A DNA stretch of 64,000 bases from positions 32,517 through 96,516 of the forward strand of contig CAYXRA010000002.1 in the NCBI GenBank assembly GCA_964467525.1. Direction: 5' to 3'. The position numbers and the translations under genes were made by a program. Positions 36,362-46,026 of this stretch are shown one piece after another (within the stretch, counting starts at the first letter, position 1; every line of letters starts with the position of its first letter). Source of the stretch: an uncultured Calditrichaceae bacterium. GTDB taxonomy: Bacteria; Calditrichota; Calditrichia; Calditrichales; Calditrichaceae. Under the pieces are notes generated by a model. The model saw only the letters and a list, made by a program, of their open reading frames with translations. It did no database searches and was not told the DNA's origin.

Positions 36362-37504
36362 ATGCAAATTACGACGTTACTGATTATTCTTGGTATTGCC
36401 CAGGGCTTATTTTTGGGCATGATTTTGATAACCATCCGCCGCGGCAACCGGCGGGCGAATCTTGTAATGGGCACACTGATTATTCTATTCGCCGTAAGCA
36501 TCAGCCATTTTGCATTTCTGAAAACCAATGTATACGAGATTTATCCCCATCTTTATAAAACCGCCCAGCCGCTGCTGTTTTTGTTCGGGCCTCTGTTTCT
36601 GCTCTACGTTCGCATCCACACGGAGCGCAACTTTCGTTTTCATGCTTCATTTTTATTGCATTTCATACCTTTTGTTCTGTTTATCATTTACTTGCTGCCT
36701 GTTTATACCATGCCGGCAAGCGAAAAAATAGGTTATATCCGCAGCGCTTCGGACAGTGTAACCGTTTTTGATTATTTGATTATGCCCCTGCAGGTTATCC
36801 ATATCTTCATTTATATGTGGATCGTTGACCGGAAAATCGATCGCAACACAGCACGCCTCAAAGAATCCTTTTCTTCCATTGAAAGAATCAATCTGGCCTG
36901 GTTAAAACGCAGCACGGTGGGATTCGTGGGCGTTTTCGTGGTTATTGCCGTATTGATCGTGCTGAAGATCAGTGGCTTCGACTATTTTGTGTCGCAATTC
37001 GGCCAGGATCTCATCGCCATTATTGTAGCTGTAGTTATTTATTATATCGGGTATAAGGGACTGCGTCAGCCGGAGATCTTTATCGGGGAGAACGATCCGG
37101 ATCAGGTTAAAAAATATGAGAAATCAACCCTGCAGCGGGATGCGGCGCTGATTTATAAAAATAAACTGCTTGAATATATGCGGGAAGAAAAACCGTTCAG
37201 CGATGCCCAGCTCACGATAAAGGAACTGGCTCAAAAAACAAGGATTCCCGCTTATCATCTGTCGCAGGTTATCAATGAACAATTCGGAAAGAATTTTTTT
37301 GATTTCATTAACAGCTACCGGATTGAGGAAGCTAAAATGCAGTTGAGCGATCCGAAAAATGATTATCTGTCCATTCAGGCAATCGCATTTGAGGTGGGTT
37401 TTAATTCCAAGTCTGCTTTTAATAATGCCTTTAATAAATTTGCCGGCATTACACCCTCCCAATTTCGTACCAACAGAAATACAATTAAAAACGCGTCGCA
37501 ATAA
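36362..37504 (+). CDS. AraC-family transcriptional regulator with N-terminal multi-TM domain
   Basis: About 6 hydrophobic helices are followed by a C-terminal HTH (LAQKTRIPAYHLSQVINEQFGKNFFDFINSYRIEEAK ... IAFEVGFNSKSAFNNAFNKFAGITPSQFR). Confidence 0.8.
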   Translation: MQITTLLIILGIAQGLFLGMILITIRRGNRRANLVMGTLIILFAVSISHFAFLKTNVYEIYPHLYKTAQPLLFLFGPLFLLYVRIHTERNFRFHASFLLHFIPFVLFIIYLLPVYTMPASEKIGYIRSASDSVTVFDYLIMPLQVIHIFIYMWIVDRKIDRNTARLKESFSSIERINLAWLKRSTVGFVGVFVVIAVLIVLKISGFDYFVSQFGQDLIAIIVAVVIYYIGYKGLRQPEIFIGENDPDQVKKYEKSTLQRDAALIYKNKLLEYMREEKPFSDAQLTIKELAQKTRIPAYHLSQVINEQFGKNFFDFINSYRIEEAKMQLSDPKNDYLSIQAIAFEVGFNSKSAFNNAFNKFAGITPSQFRTNRNTIKNASQ

Positions 37505-38351
37505 CCGCTTCCTGTTCTTTAAGCTGATTCAGGAACCGACTCAGCCCGTTCAGATCATTTGTATTGATCAGATCCACGCCGGCATCAATTAATTGTCGCC
37601 AGATACTTTGTCTTCCGGAAGAAGGCTGGTCCGGCGTGGCCCAGAAACGGATCAGGCGTCCGTTTTGATGGGCGGTTTCGACGATTCGCCGCAGTTTAAT
37701 TTTTTCATCGACCGGCATTTCTCCTTCGCCGCGCCAGCTAAAATGACGGGTCCACTTATCACTGATCAGGGGCATGAAAGCGGTCGAAGCGGTAGATTGC
37801 AGATCGCTCAGCCTTCCGTCAATGGCGCAGTACCTGATTTGTTCCTGCTGCATTAAGCGGCGCGGACGATTGCCGGAGATAACGGCCATTACCGGGCCGG
37901 GTTGCATGCCATCATCGCTAAAGATACAAAACATATCCCGGTAATTTTCAAGCAGATCATGCAATTTTTTGTAGGTCGGGCGCGCTGATGTTTTGATATC
38001 AATCAGTAAAATTAACGGAAGGTTATCATTGGCAATCTGTTCCCGGTTTTGGTTGATATGCTCGCGCAAAGGTTTCAGATATAGTTTTTCAAGCGTACGT
38101 CCGAAGCGGACACCGAAAATGGTGTGCGCGACATACAGCTCGCCACCCACCAGATGCACATCGGCCTCAATACTGCGGAAGCCGTGGGCCAGGGCATCGA
38201 GCAGCGGACGGTCATGGGCATAATCATTGTGGGCATGGGCGCGAATCAGTGGTGTTCGGCAATCCTGAAACGATATGGTTGTATGACAGCCAAAAAGTAA
38301 ATACAAAAATAACAATCCGATCAATAACTGCTTTCCGGTTTTCAAAACCAC
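37485..38351 (-). CDS. PI-PLC X-domain / GDPD-superfamily phosphodiesterase-like lipoprotein
   Basis: RAHAHNDYAHDRPLLDALAHGFRSIEADVHLVGGELYVAH resembles the AIM6/PLC-like phosphodiesterase family as I recall it. A lipobox-like LLFGC is present. The true start may be the TTG at 38345, which lies 5 nt after GGAG. Confidence 0.5.
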   Translation of the reverse strand: MVLKTGKQLLIGLLFLYLLFGCHTTISFQDCRTPLIRAHAHNDYAHDRPLLDALAHGFRSIEADVHLVGGELYVAHTIFGVRFGRTLEKLYLKPLREHINQNREQIANDNLPLILLIDIKTSARPTYKKLHDLLENYRDMFCIFSDDGMQPGPVMAVISGNRPRRLMQQEQIRYCAIDGRLSDLQSTASTAFMPLISDKWTRHFSWRGEGEMPVDEKIKLRRIVETAHQNGRLIRFWATPDQPSSGRQSIWRQLIDAGVDLINTNDLNGLSRFLNQLKEQEAVIATRF

Positions 38352-38595
38352 TCCGCTGTTTTTTTTGAGGAAAATATCTAAATAGAATATTAACAGCTTA
38401 TGAGTTATGATTGGATTGGTTTAGCGTTTGGTTAGAATATTGTTTTAATTTCTGATTATCATGTTATTAAGTGAAATAGGTGAGGATGATAGTTTTCCTT
38501 ATTTCTGAATAGGATGCCGTTGTATTCGCAACCATTTATATAATGAATTGCTGAAAAATATCACGGTGTCCCCATCTGAATGTCGTCCACTTATA

Positions 38596-38630
38596 TCCGA
38601 TACCGATCCCGATTGCGATCCCGACCCCGA
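38596..38630 (+). repeat. 35-bp GAT/CCC-rich repeat (copy 2)
   Basis: TCCGATACCGATCCCGATTGCGATCCCGACCCCGA matches copy 1 at 33 of 35 positions. A possible ORF from the GTG at 38566 to the TAA at 38650 reads MSPSECRPLISDTDPDCDPDPEINKIGS. The flanking GGTTCTTAAT is also similar to copy 1 (GATTCTTAAT). Confidence 0.6.
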
Positions 38631-38660
38631 AATCAATAAAATTGGTTCTTAATAATCCGC

Positions 38661-40613
38661 TCAGGTGGAAAACATAATATTTGCCGGCCAGGCGCTGCGA
38701 TCCTGTAGCAATGCCTCGTAATAGAATTTCATGATAAAATAAGGCTTAAGGTTTATAATTTGTCCGTCGGGAGTGGCGGGATCAATCTGTGCCGAATGCA
38801 TTGTTTCATTATTGAATTCGAAGCGGCCCCAGGGGGTAAACCACAGGTAGCTGTTATCGCCGGGCATGGGATTCAGCCTGTAAGCGGCATGATCGATGCG
38901 GGCCAGCATTTCATTATACTGATTGATAAAAAATCCGTCTGATTGCGCGTGTTCATTAAATGATCCTTCGCTCAGGAAGAAGCGGGCTTTTTTAATAAAC
39001 GGTCCGCCCGATTCGGGACAAAAGGTATCGCAGTTTCCGCAGGCATTGCAAAATTCGGCAAGATTGGCGATTTGATTATCTTCGGCCAGTTCCAGGGTTT
39101 GATTCCGTTGATATTCTACTTTTCCATTCTTCACGATAAACACCGGAACAGCAAGTTTCTGCTTTCCGGTTTTGATTTTGAAGTTGGCGGCATTGGGGCA
39201 CACGGGTATGCATATTTCACAACTCAGGCAGTCGAGCAGGGTAAGTTGGGAATCAATCTTGCGCGGCCGGGCGGCATTCCTGTTTTGCTGATAGCGGGAC
39301 CTGATTTCCGGGTCTTTTAATATTTTGTCCGCATTTTTCATTCCGGCCTGATGGGTGCTCAGATTGGACGCTGTCTGTGCATAATTCTGTATAAATGCAT
39401 TGATGGAGGTCGCGTCCACTGCTTCCATTTGTTGTTTCAATTTTTGAAAATAATCATACATGCGCCGGTAACCGCGTTTTTTCAGTAAATCGCTGCAAAC
39501 GGTAACCGGCAGCAAATTGCAGGCAACCGCATCGCCGAAATTGTGTTTATCGATACCTCCGGAAAATGATACCGCTATCTCGATATCAAGTTCGCGGCGA
39601 AAACGCTGCATGGCATGCATGGCGATTATATATAGCGGAGGCCCGGAAAGATAGCGCTGTTTCCCGTCAAAAATATGTTCATCATTCTTTACGACCAGTG
39701 TATTGGTAAACTTGGCGCCCACCGTTCGGCCGTGATCGTGTGCGAACTGATGTAAGCGCCGCATCATTTTCAGCGCCTCGCTTAATTTCAGATCATGCTT
39801 AAATGCCTCCGGGTCCGGTTCGATCCGCTTATATCCCAGTTGCTTCTGCAGCAGGTCCTTTACAAACTTGTAGCCGGGCAGGGTCGGATTCATTTTAACA
39901 GTTACATGTAAATTGTGGGTTTTTATCAAATATTTAACCATTGATTCAATTTCATCTGCCGGACAGCCATGGAAAGTGGACAGGGTTACCGTGTCGGACA
40001 GTTGAGCGGGGATTTCCAGACTTTTAAACTTTTGAAATGCATCGGGCAAAGATGCTAGCCGTTTCTCGATCGCCCCGCGGGCATCGATCATATTTTTTAA
40101 CCATTTGTTAATCGCAGGCGAGCTAATACCTTTCAAATCGTAGCCCAAAGAAATATCAAAAACAAAGTCATAAATATTATCGGCCGCCGGACAATCCAAA
40201 ACCTGCATGTCCCGCAGGATGTGAAGCAAAATCCAGGCATTCAGATATTCGGTAAATGATCCGGCCAGGGGCAGTTCCTGCGACCATTCCACATTATAGC
40301 CGATGTTGCGCATATCGATGCAGGGACGCGGAATGGTCAGTTGATCATTTTGCTGAACTGTTTTTAATTCAATGAATCGACCGCCGTGCAGGTATGAAAG
40401 AATGATATTCTGGGTCATTTGCGTGTGCGGGCCGGCTGCCGGCCCCAGCGGTGTTCCCGCTTTTTTTTGATTTATTTTTACACTGAAATCATGTCCGGTG
40501 AAGCCCCTGAAAAAATATTGTTTGCCGTAGCCGTAAACTGAGTTATGATCGGAATACTCCCGTATAATGGCTGACAAATGTTTTGTAAATTCGAGTCCTG
40601 AAAGGCCATACAT
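38661..40613 (-). CDS. YgfK-N-terminal-like oxidoreductase (DHOD/DPD-like barrel plus 2x[4Fe-4S] ferredoxin motifs)
   Basis: GPAAGPHTQMTQNIILSYLHGGRFIELKTVQ matches the N-terminus of E. coli YgfK as I recall it. CLSCEICIPVCP and CNACGNCDTFCP are ferredoxin-type cluster motifs. The protein ends at 650 aa without the GltD-like FAD/NAD(P) half. Confidence 0.6.
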   Translation of the reverse strand: MYGLSGLEFTKHLSAIIREYSDHNSVYGYGKQYFFRGFTGHDFSVKINQKKAGTPLGPAAGPHTQMTQNIILSYLHGGRFIELKTVQQNDQLTIPRPCIDMRNIGYNVEWSQELPLAGSFTEYLNAWILLHILRDMQVLDCPAADNIYDFVFDISLGYDLKGISSPAINKWLKNMIDARGAIEKRLASLPDAFQKFKSLEIPAQLSDTVTLSTFHGCPADEIESMVKYLIKTHNLHVTVKMNPTLPGYKFVKDLLQKQLGYKRIEPDPEAFKHDLKLSEALKMMRRLHQFAHDHGRTVGAKFTNTLVVKNDEHIFDGKQRYLSGPPLYIIAMHAMQRFRRELDIEIAVSFSGGIDKHNFGDAVACNLLPVTVCSDLLKKRGYRRMYDYFQKLKQQMEAVDATSINAFIQNYAQTASNLSTHQAGMKNADKILKDPEIRSRYQQNRNAARPRKIDSQLTLLDCLSCEICIPVCPNAANFKIKTGKQKLAVPVFIVKNGKVEYQRNQTLELAEDNQIANLAEFCNACGNCDTFCPESGGPFIKKARFFLSEGSFNEHAQSDGFFINQYNEMLARIDHAAYRLNPMPGDNSYLWFTPWGRFEFNNETMHSAQIDPATPDGQIINLKPYFIMKFYYEALLQDRSAWPANIMFST

Positions 40614-41342
40614 AATGATACAATCCCCGGGATTATAAATGAAACCGTATTTAGCTGATCGAAATAAAATTTACAAATTTAAGCGCTATTTTAAAAAATT
40701 ATTCATCTTGTGTACCAAATTGGTATTATAAGGCGCGCCTTGTCATTTTTAAGTTATTTTTATCAGCCACGGACCCGGTTGCCGGATCCGGCTGTTTCAT
40801 AAAAAGGCAGTCTGAATTTATCGGATTAAAATTCCTGGAATAGTAACAGTTGAAGCAGGGTTATATGATATGGCCCGAAGTGAAATATTTCGTATTAATA
40901 CAAGGTGAAAATCATTAGTTGTTGAGTCCGATTTGACTAAAGAGTTGCCTGCACGGTACGATAATCCTGTTAAACTATCCCGTTGCCTGCAGCAATTAGA
41001 ATGATAGTAAAAGAATACAACTAAACGGAGCCGGATTCATACGCAGGCATAATTTGAGCGACAAGCACCAGCGACAAAACTAAATTAATATAAATGTCCG
41101 ATAAGGATTCGGATTTAACGCAGAATGAGCATGTTTGAATAACGACCTTACATTCGTATTTTTTACAGACTGTCCGGATTAACGTCGGGGACAGTGTAAT
41201 GAATTAATTTTGCAGTAAAGTTGCAGGTCAAGGGTAAAAAAATAACATGCTTGATTTTAGCGGACATCTAATTTAAATTGAATTTACTTGGTTTATGAAT
41301 CCTCAAATATTCCGAAACATGCCAATCAAAGAGGAGCGCATT

Positions 41343-44300
41343 ATGTTTTCTAAAAGCAGCTTCTATTTCAATATTTTAGCCATTGTAATACTGATGTTTA
41401 CTGTTTCCAACGCTCAGGAGGCCAGCGCCGAGTTCATTAGTTCTCACGTGCCCCATGTTTTGAGCGAAGGCGAACAGGTTGCAGACGGTATCCAGAATAT
41501 TTTCCTCAAAGATAATTTATTATATGTAACTAATGTATGGTCGGGTCTGCAGATTCTCGATGTTTCCAATCTGGAAGACCCGAAAGAGATCGGTGCATTC
41601 ATCACCGAAAACCGTAGTTTTAATACTTATGTTGAAGACAACTACGCCTACATTTCCAATGAACTGGGCGGTGTCGTCGTACTCGATGTGAGCGATCCGG
41701 CAAATATGCGCCAGGTTGCCCGCATTGAAACGGAAGGAAAAGCGCACTGGGTTGTGGCACGCTTTCCGTATGTTTATGTTGCGGAAGAGGCTGCCGGCGT
41801 TCGTATCTACAATATTGAAAATCTGAATACACCGCGGCATGTCGGCAGCTATGACAGTCCGGGCTGGGCCTGGGGACTTTTCCTGGACGGGGACAATCTC
41901 TATCTGTCCGATAAGTCCGGCGGCATGCGCATCCTGGATGTTTCCAATCCTGCCAGTCCCACGGAGATTGGAAAATACGACAGAATGAAGCATGTCAAAA
42001 CCGTGCAGGTTGTGGATGATATCGCCTATGTATCCAACGGACCTGCCGGCTTATGGATCTTTGACGTATCCAATCCGTCGTCACCGCTGCTCATCAGCCA
42101 TCTGGCTGTTGACGGCTACATTTTTGACGCTTATAAATTCGGTAACTCGGTATTTCTGGCCAACGAATCAAAAAGCAAGCTGAATATCATCGACGTCTCT
42201 GATATTAAGAATCCAAAACAAGAGGCTGTTTATGAAGCCGAAGGGAAAGTGTACTCCGCGTTAAAGCACGATGTATATGTGTACGTTGCCGCCGATACAA
42301 AAACACTTATTCTGCGCCATAATCATCCGCCGCAAATCGCCGCTATCAGTGATAAAAAAGTAAGGGAAAATGAAACCCTGGAAATCTCGGCAGACGCCTT
42401 TGATCCCGATGGCGACCGGATCGTTTTCTCGGTTGAGAATATGCCGGATAGAGCCAGTTTCGATTCTCTCGCCGGGTTTTTAAACTGGCTGCCCGATTTC
42501 GAGCAGTCCGGGATGTATCCCAATGTAAAAATAACGGCAACCGAACTGACGGACAGCAAACTTTCGGAATCAACTACTTTTGATATCAGGGTTGTTCATG
42601 TAAACCGGCCGCCGGAAATTCCCGATATTCCCGATACGGTTGTCAATGAAAACGAGTTGCTCACGTTTACGATTCCCGAAGGCGCCGATCCCGATAAGGA
42701 AGACCAGGGATTGCTGACTTATTTTGCGGAAAATTTGGCGGAAGGGGCATTGTTTGATATTAATACACGTGAATTTAGCTGGACGCCATCTTTTGAACAA
42801 TCGGGTATTTACTCGGTGGATTTCGGCGTAAGAGATACTGCCGGCGCCGTTGACCGCGATGTGTCTAATATTACGGTGAATCACGTAGACCGCAGTCCGG
42901 TGCTGCAGCCGCTGGCCGATCAGACGGTGACCGAAAATGATACGCTGATCATCGTTCTCGAGGGCAGCGATCCGGACGCCGAAGATCAGTACGCCTTAAG
43001 TTATTCGGCTGATAATTTGCCGGAAGGCGCCACATTTGATCCGGAAAGTAAAAAATTGACCTGGGTGCCCACTTACGATCAGTCCGGTCAGTATGAGAAC
43101 CTGCAGTTTATTTTCCGGGCCGGAGCGCTGGCCGATTCCATTTCGCTCGATGTCGCTGTTGAGCATGTGAACCGGCCGCCCGTACTCGATCCGATTGAAA
43201 ATAAGATGGTCGATGAAAATCGATTACTGGAGTTCGGTATTTCAGGAAAAGATTATGATGTGGAAGATAAAGGCAAACTGGTTTACAGCGCCGAAAACCT
43301 GCCGGAAGGCGCCACTTTTGATGCGGATTCCCTGATATTCCGCTGGACACCGGGCTTCGAACAATCCGGCATTTATGAAGATGTTAAATTTTCCGTATCC
43401 GATCCTGACGGACTGGAAGACAGTCAAACCATATCAATTACGGTTAACCACGTCAACCGCAAACCGCAGCTTGCGGAAATCGGAGCCAAAAGCGTCGATG
43501 AAAATGCACTGCTTACCTTCAATTTAAACGGCGGCGACCCCGACGCCGAAGATGCCGGCAAGTTAACCTATTCAGCCGAAGGTATGCCGGAAGGCGCGAC
43601 GCTGGACAGCGCTACCTTCAACTGGACGCCCACATACACTCAGTCAGGTAATTATACGATAGCATTCACCGTCAGTGATGGCAATCTGACCGACAGCAAA
43701 AGCGCATCGATTACTGTCGATCATGTGAACCGCCCGCCAGCGCTTGAGGCAATTGCAGACCAGACGGTCAATGAGAATGAACAGCTCACCTTTGCCGTAA
43801 CCGGATCCGATCCGGACAGTGAAGATGCGGGCAAGTGGAAACTATCTGCGGAAAATATGCCGGAAGGCGCCAGCCTCGATACGGCAAATGCCCAATTCAA
43901 CTGGACGCCGGATTTTGATCAGTCGGGTACTTATGATGTCAAATTCCTGATTACCGATCCTGCCGGTCTGACTGCCGAAACGAGCGCCAAAATTACGGTG
44001 AACCATGTTAACAGGGATCCGGTGTTCGCAGCGCTTGAGGCAAAGACCATCGATGAAAACAGCCGTTTTGAATTCAACGTCCCGCCGGCCGGCGATCCGG
44101 ATGCCGAGGATAAAGGCAAATTGGTGTATTGGGCACAGCAACTGCCGGAAGGTGCTGTTTTTGATTCGACGAACCTGATTTTAACCTGGCGCCCCGATTT
44201 TGATCAGTCGGGCAACTACACGGTCAATTTTCTGGTCAGTGACGGGGAATTTACCGTTGAACAGCCCCTGAACATTACGGTTAATCATGTCAACCGTCCG

Positions 44301-45983
44301 CCAGAGATTGCGCCGCTTCAGAACCAGGTTGTCGATGAAAACGCACCGTGGCAATTAACGGTGGATTATTCGGATCCGGATAAAGAAGATCAGGGTAAAC
44401 TGCAGATTACGGCTTCGAATTTACCGGAGGGTGCGTCTTTCGATGAAGCGACTGCCCAGGTAAGCTGGACGCCAACCTTCGAGCAATCAGGGGAATACAC
44501 CGGCATAACCTTTACGGTAGTCGATCCGGCCGGATTGAGCGACGCCAAAGCGCTGACTGTCACCGTAAATCATGTTAACCGGCCGCCGGTTCTGGAAGCC
44601 GTAGCAGCGCAGAACGCGGTTGAAAACAGCGCCTTAACTTTCACGCTCAACGGCAGCGATCCCGATGCGGAAGACGAGGGCAAGTTGGTTTACAGCGCAA
44701 CTGGTCTCCCGGATGGTGCGATGCTTAACGGGCAAACGGGGGCATTCAACTGGACGCCGAACTTTCTGCAGGCCGGGGTGTATCAGGTGACTCTCAAAGT
44801 AACCGATTCCGGGGATTTATCGGATGAACAGCAAACGACAATCACCATCGAAGATTTAAACCGGCCGCCGGAGCTGGAAGCGATTCCGGCCCAAACGGTC
44901 AATGAAAATGAAAAACTGAGTCTCACGATCAGCGGCAGCGATCCGGACACGGATAATACATTAAAATATCAGGCTGCCGGTCTGCCCCAGGGCGCAAGCT
45001 TCGATACGGCCAGCCATGTATTCGACTGGACACCGACCTTCGAACAAGCCGGCGATTATACGGTCAATTTTACCGTCAGCGACGGAAAGGAAGAAGCAAA
45101 CGCGGCTATGCAGATCACGGTGGCTAATGTGAATCGTCCGCCAAAATTTGAAGATATTGCCGCACAAACCGTGGATGAAAATAAAACACTTACGTTCAAA
45201 GTTACCGCCAGTGATGCGGACGCGGGGACGGAACTGACTTTCGGCGCCGCCCAATTGCCCGAAGGCGCCACATTTAGCGAGGTTGATCAAACCTTTAGCT
45301 GGACACCGGGTTTCGAGCAGGCCGGAACCTACAGCCCCCGGTTTACGGTCAGTGACGGTACCGATGAAGTGAGCATGTCGGTAAATATTACCGTAAATAA
45401 TGTAAACCGCGCCCCGAAAATCGAAGAGATCGCAGCGCAGACAACGAAGGAAAATGAAATGATTTCTTTCACGGTGGAAGCCAGCGATGAAGACAGCGGA
45501 ACAGAATTAACCACGCGCGCCGTAAGTCTGCCGGACGGGGCAAAGTTTGACGCGGGCGCAAATACCTTTCGCTGGAAACCGGGCTATGATCAGGCCGGAA
45601 GTTATACCGCTGAATTTGAAGTCAGCGACGGCGAAGCCGCGGTTACCCTGCCGGTTCAGATCACGGTGGAAAATGTCAATCGTGAGCCAACCATCAACGG
45701 ACCGCGCTCGCGGGAAGTTCAGGCCGGACAGCCGCTGGAATTGCAATATGAAGTCAACGATCCCGATAATGATGAAATTACTTTCAGTGCCGATAATTTA
45801 CCGTCCGGCGCGTCTATCGATGCGGATAACGGCAGGTTGACCTGGCAGCCCGGTACCGATCAGGCCGGTGATTATACCATCGATATTAAAGCCAGCGACG
45901 GGGAAGCGGAAGCCGCCATGCAAACCCTGATTCAGGTAACGGAACCCCCGCAGACCCCGGCGGATACCAGCGGATCGATGTAA
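41343..45983 (+). CDS. Giant surface protein: signal peptide, LVIVD-repeat beta-propeller and 13 cadherin-like / He_PIG-type Ig repeats
   Basis: The start is placed at the ATG after AAAGAGGAG (MFSKSSFYFNILAIVILMFTVSNAQEA). The N-terminal ~330 aa have repeated YAY(I/V)...G(L/V)x(I/V)xDVS(N/D)PxxP units (LVIVD type). Thirteen ~93-aa units follow, each VNHVNRPP...ENxxLxF...DPDxEDxGKLxYSAxNLPEGAxFD...F.WTPxFxQSGxY. Confidence 0.8.
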   Translation: MFSKSSFYFNILAIVILMFTVSNAQEASAEFISSHVPHVLSEGEQVADGIQNIFLKDNLLYVTNVWSGLQILDVSNLEDPKEIGAFITENRSFNTYVEDNYAYISNELGGVVVLDVSDPANMRQVARIETEGKAHWVVARFPYVYVAEEAAGVRIYNIENLNTPRHVGSYDSPGWAWGLFLDGDNLYLSDKSGGMRILDVSNPASPTEIGKYDRMKHVKTVQVVDDIAYVSNGPAGLWIFDVSNPSSPLLISHLAVDGYIFDAYKFGNSVFLANESKSKLNIIDVSDIKNPKQEAVYEAEGKVYSALKHDVYVYVAADTKTLILRHNHPPQIAAISDKKVRENETLEISADAFDPDGDRIVFSVENMPDRASFDSLAGFLNWLPDFEQSGMYPNVKITATELTDSKLSESTTFDIRVVHVNRPPEIPDIPDTVVNENELLTFTIPEGADPDKEDQGLLTYFAENLAEGALFDINTREFSWTPSFEQSGIYSVDFGVRDTAGAVDRDVSNITVNHVDRSPVLQPLADQTVTENDTLIIVLEGSDPDAEDQYALSYSADNLPEGATFDPESKKLTWVPTYDQSGQYENLQFIFRAGALADSISLDVAVEHVNRPPVLDPIENKMVDENRLLEFGISGKDYDVEDKGKLVYSAENLPEGATFDADSLIFRWTPGFEQSGIYEDVKFSVSDPDGLEDSQTISITVNHVNRKPQLAEIGAKSVDENALLTFNLNGGDPDAEDAGKLTYSAEGMPEGATLDSATFNWTPTYTQSGNYTIAFTVSDGNLTDSKSASITVDHVNRPPALEAIADQTVNENEQLTFAVTGSDPDSEDAGKWKLSAENMPEGASLDTANAQFNWTPDFDQSGTYDVKFLITDPAGLTAETSAKITVNHVNRDPVFAALEAKTIDENSRFEFNVPPAGDPDAEDKGKLVYWAQQLPEGAVFDSTNLILTWRPDFDQSGNYTVNFLVSDGEFTVEQPLNITVNHVNRPPEIAPLQNQVVDENAPWQLTVDYSDPDKEDQGKLQITASNLPEGASFDEATAQVSWTPTFEQSGEYTGITFTVVDPAGLSDAKALTVTVNHVNRPPVLEAVAAQNAVENSALTFTLNGSDPDAEDEGKLVYSATGLPDGAMLNGQTGAFNWTPNFLQAGVYQVTLKVTDSGDLSDEQQTTITIEDLNRPPELEAIPAQTVNENEKLSLTISGSDPDTDNTLKYQAAGLPQGASFDTASHVFDWTPTFEQAGDYTVNFTVSDGKEEANAAMQITVANVNRPPKFEDIAAQTVDENKTLTFKVTASDADAGTELTFGAAQLPEGATFSEVDQTFSWTPGFEQAGTYSPRFTVSDGTDEVSMSVNITVNNVNRAPKIEEIAAQTTKENEMISFTVEASDEDSGTELTTRAVSLPDGAKFDAGANTFRWKPGYDQAGSYTAEFEVSDGEAAVTLPVQITVENVNREPTINGPRSREVQAGQPLELQYEVNDPDNDEITFSADNLPSGASIDADNGRLTWQPGTDQAGDYTIDIKASDGEAEAAMQTLIQVTEPPQTPADTSGSM
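42318..45938 (+). repeat. 13 tandem in-frame coding repeats of about 279 bp (cadherin-like domains) inside the 41343-45983 CDS
   Basis: The protein-level landmarks (N/E/D)HVNR(P/K/D/S)P and WTP.F.Q(S/A)G.Y recur 13 times. The last four units switch from QSG to QAG and from HVNR to NVNR. Confidence 0.85.
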
Positions 45984-45989
45984 ATTTTT

Positions 45990-46013
45990 AACCCGCCTTC
46001 GGGCGGGTTTTTT
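45990..46013 (+). terminator. Rho-independent terminator
   Basis: AACCCGCC-TTCG-GGCGGGTT forms a perfect 8-bp stem with a tetraloop, followed by a T run, 7 nt after the stop codon. Confidence 0.75.
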
Positions 46014-46026
46014 ATTTGAACAATAC

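Noticed and set aside
40944-40991. 10-nt direct repeat GTTGCCTGCA (two copies, 38 nt apart) as a regulator binding site.
   Set aside because: A single 10-mer duplication within a ~700-bp region is not clearly beyond chance, by my rough estimate of order 0.2 expected. I kept it only as a descriptive detail of the long leader.
42318-45938. Highly periodic ~279-bp repeats that could be mistaken for a CRISPR or satellite array.
   Set aside because: The repeats are in frame within one long ORF and diverged at the DNA level. They encode 13 cadherin-like domains, with no short direct repeats or spacers.
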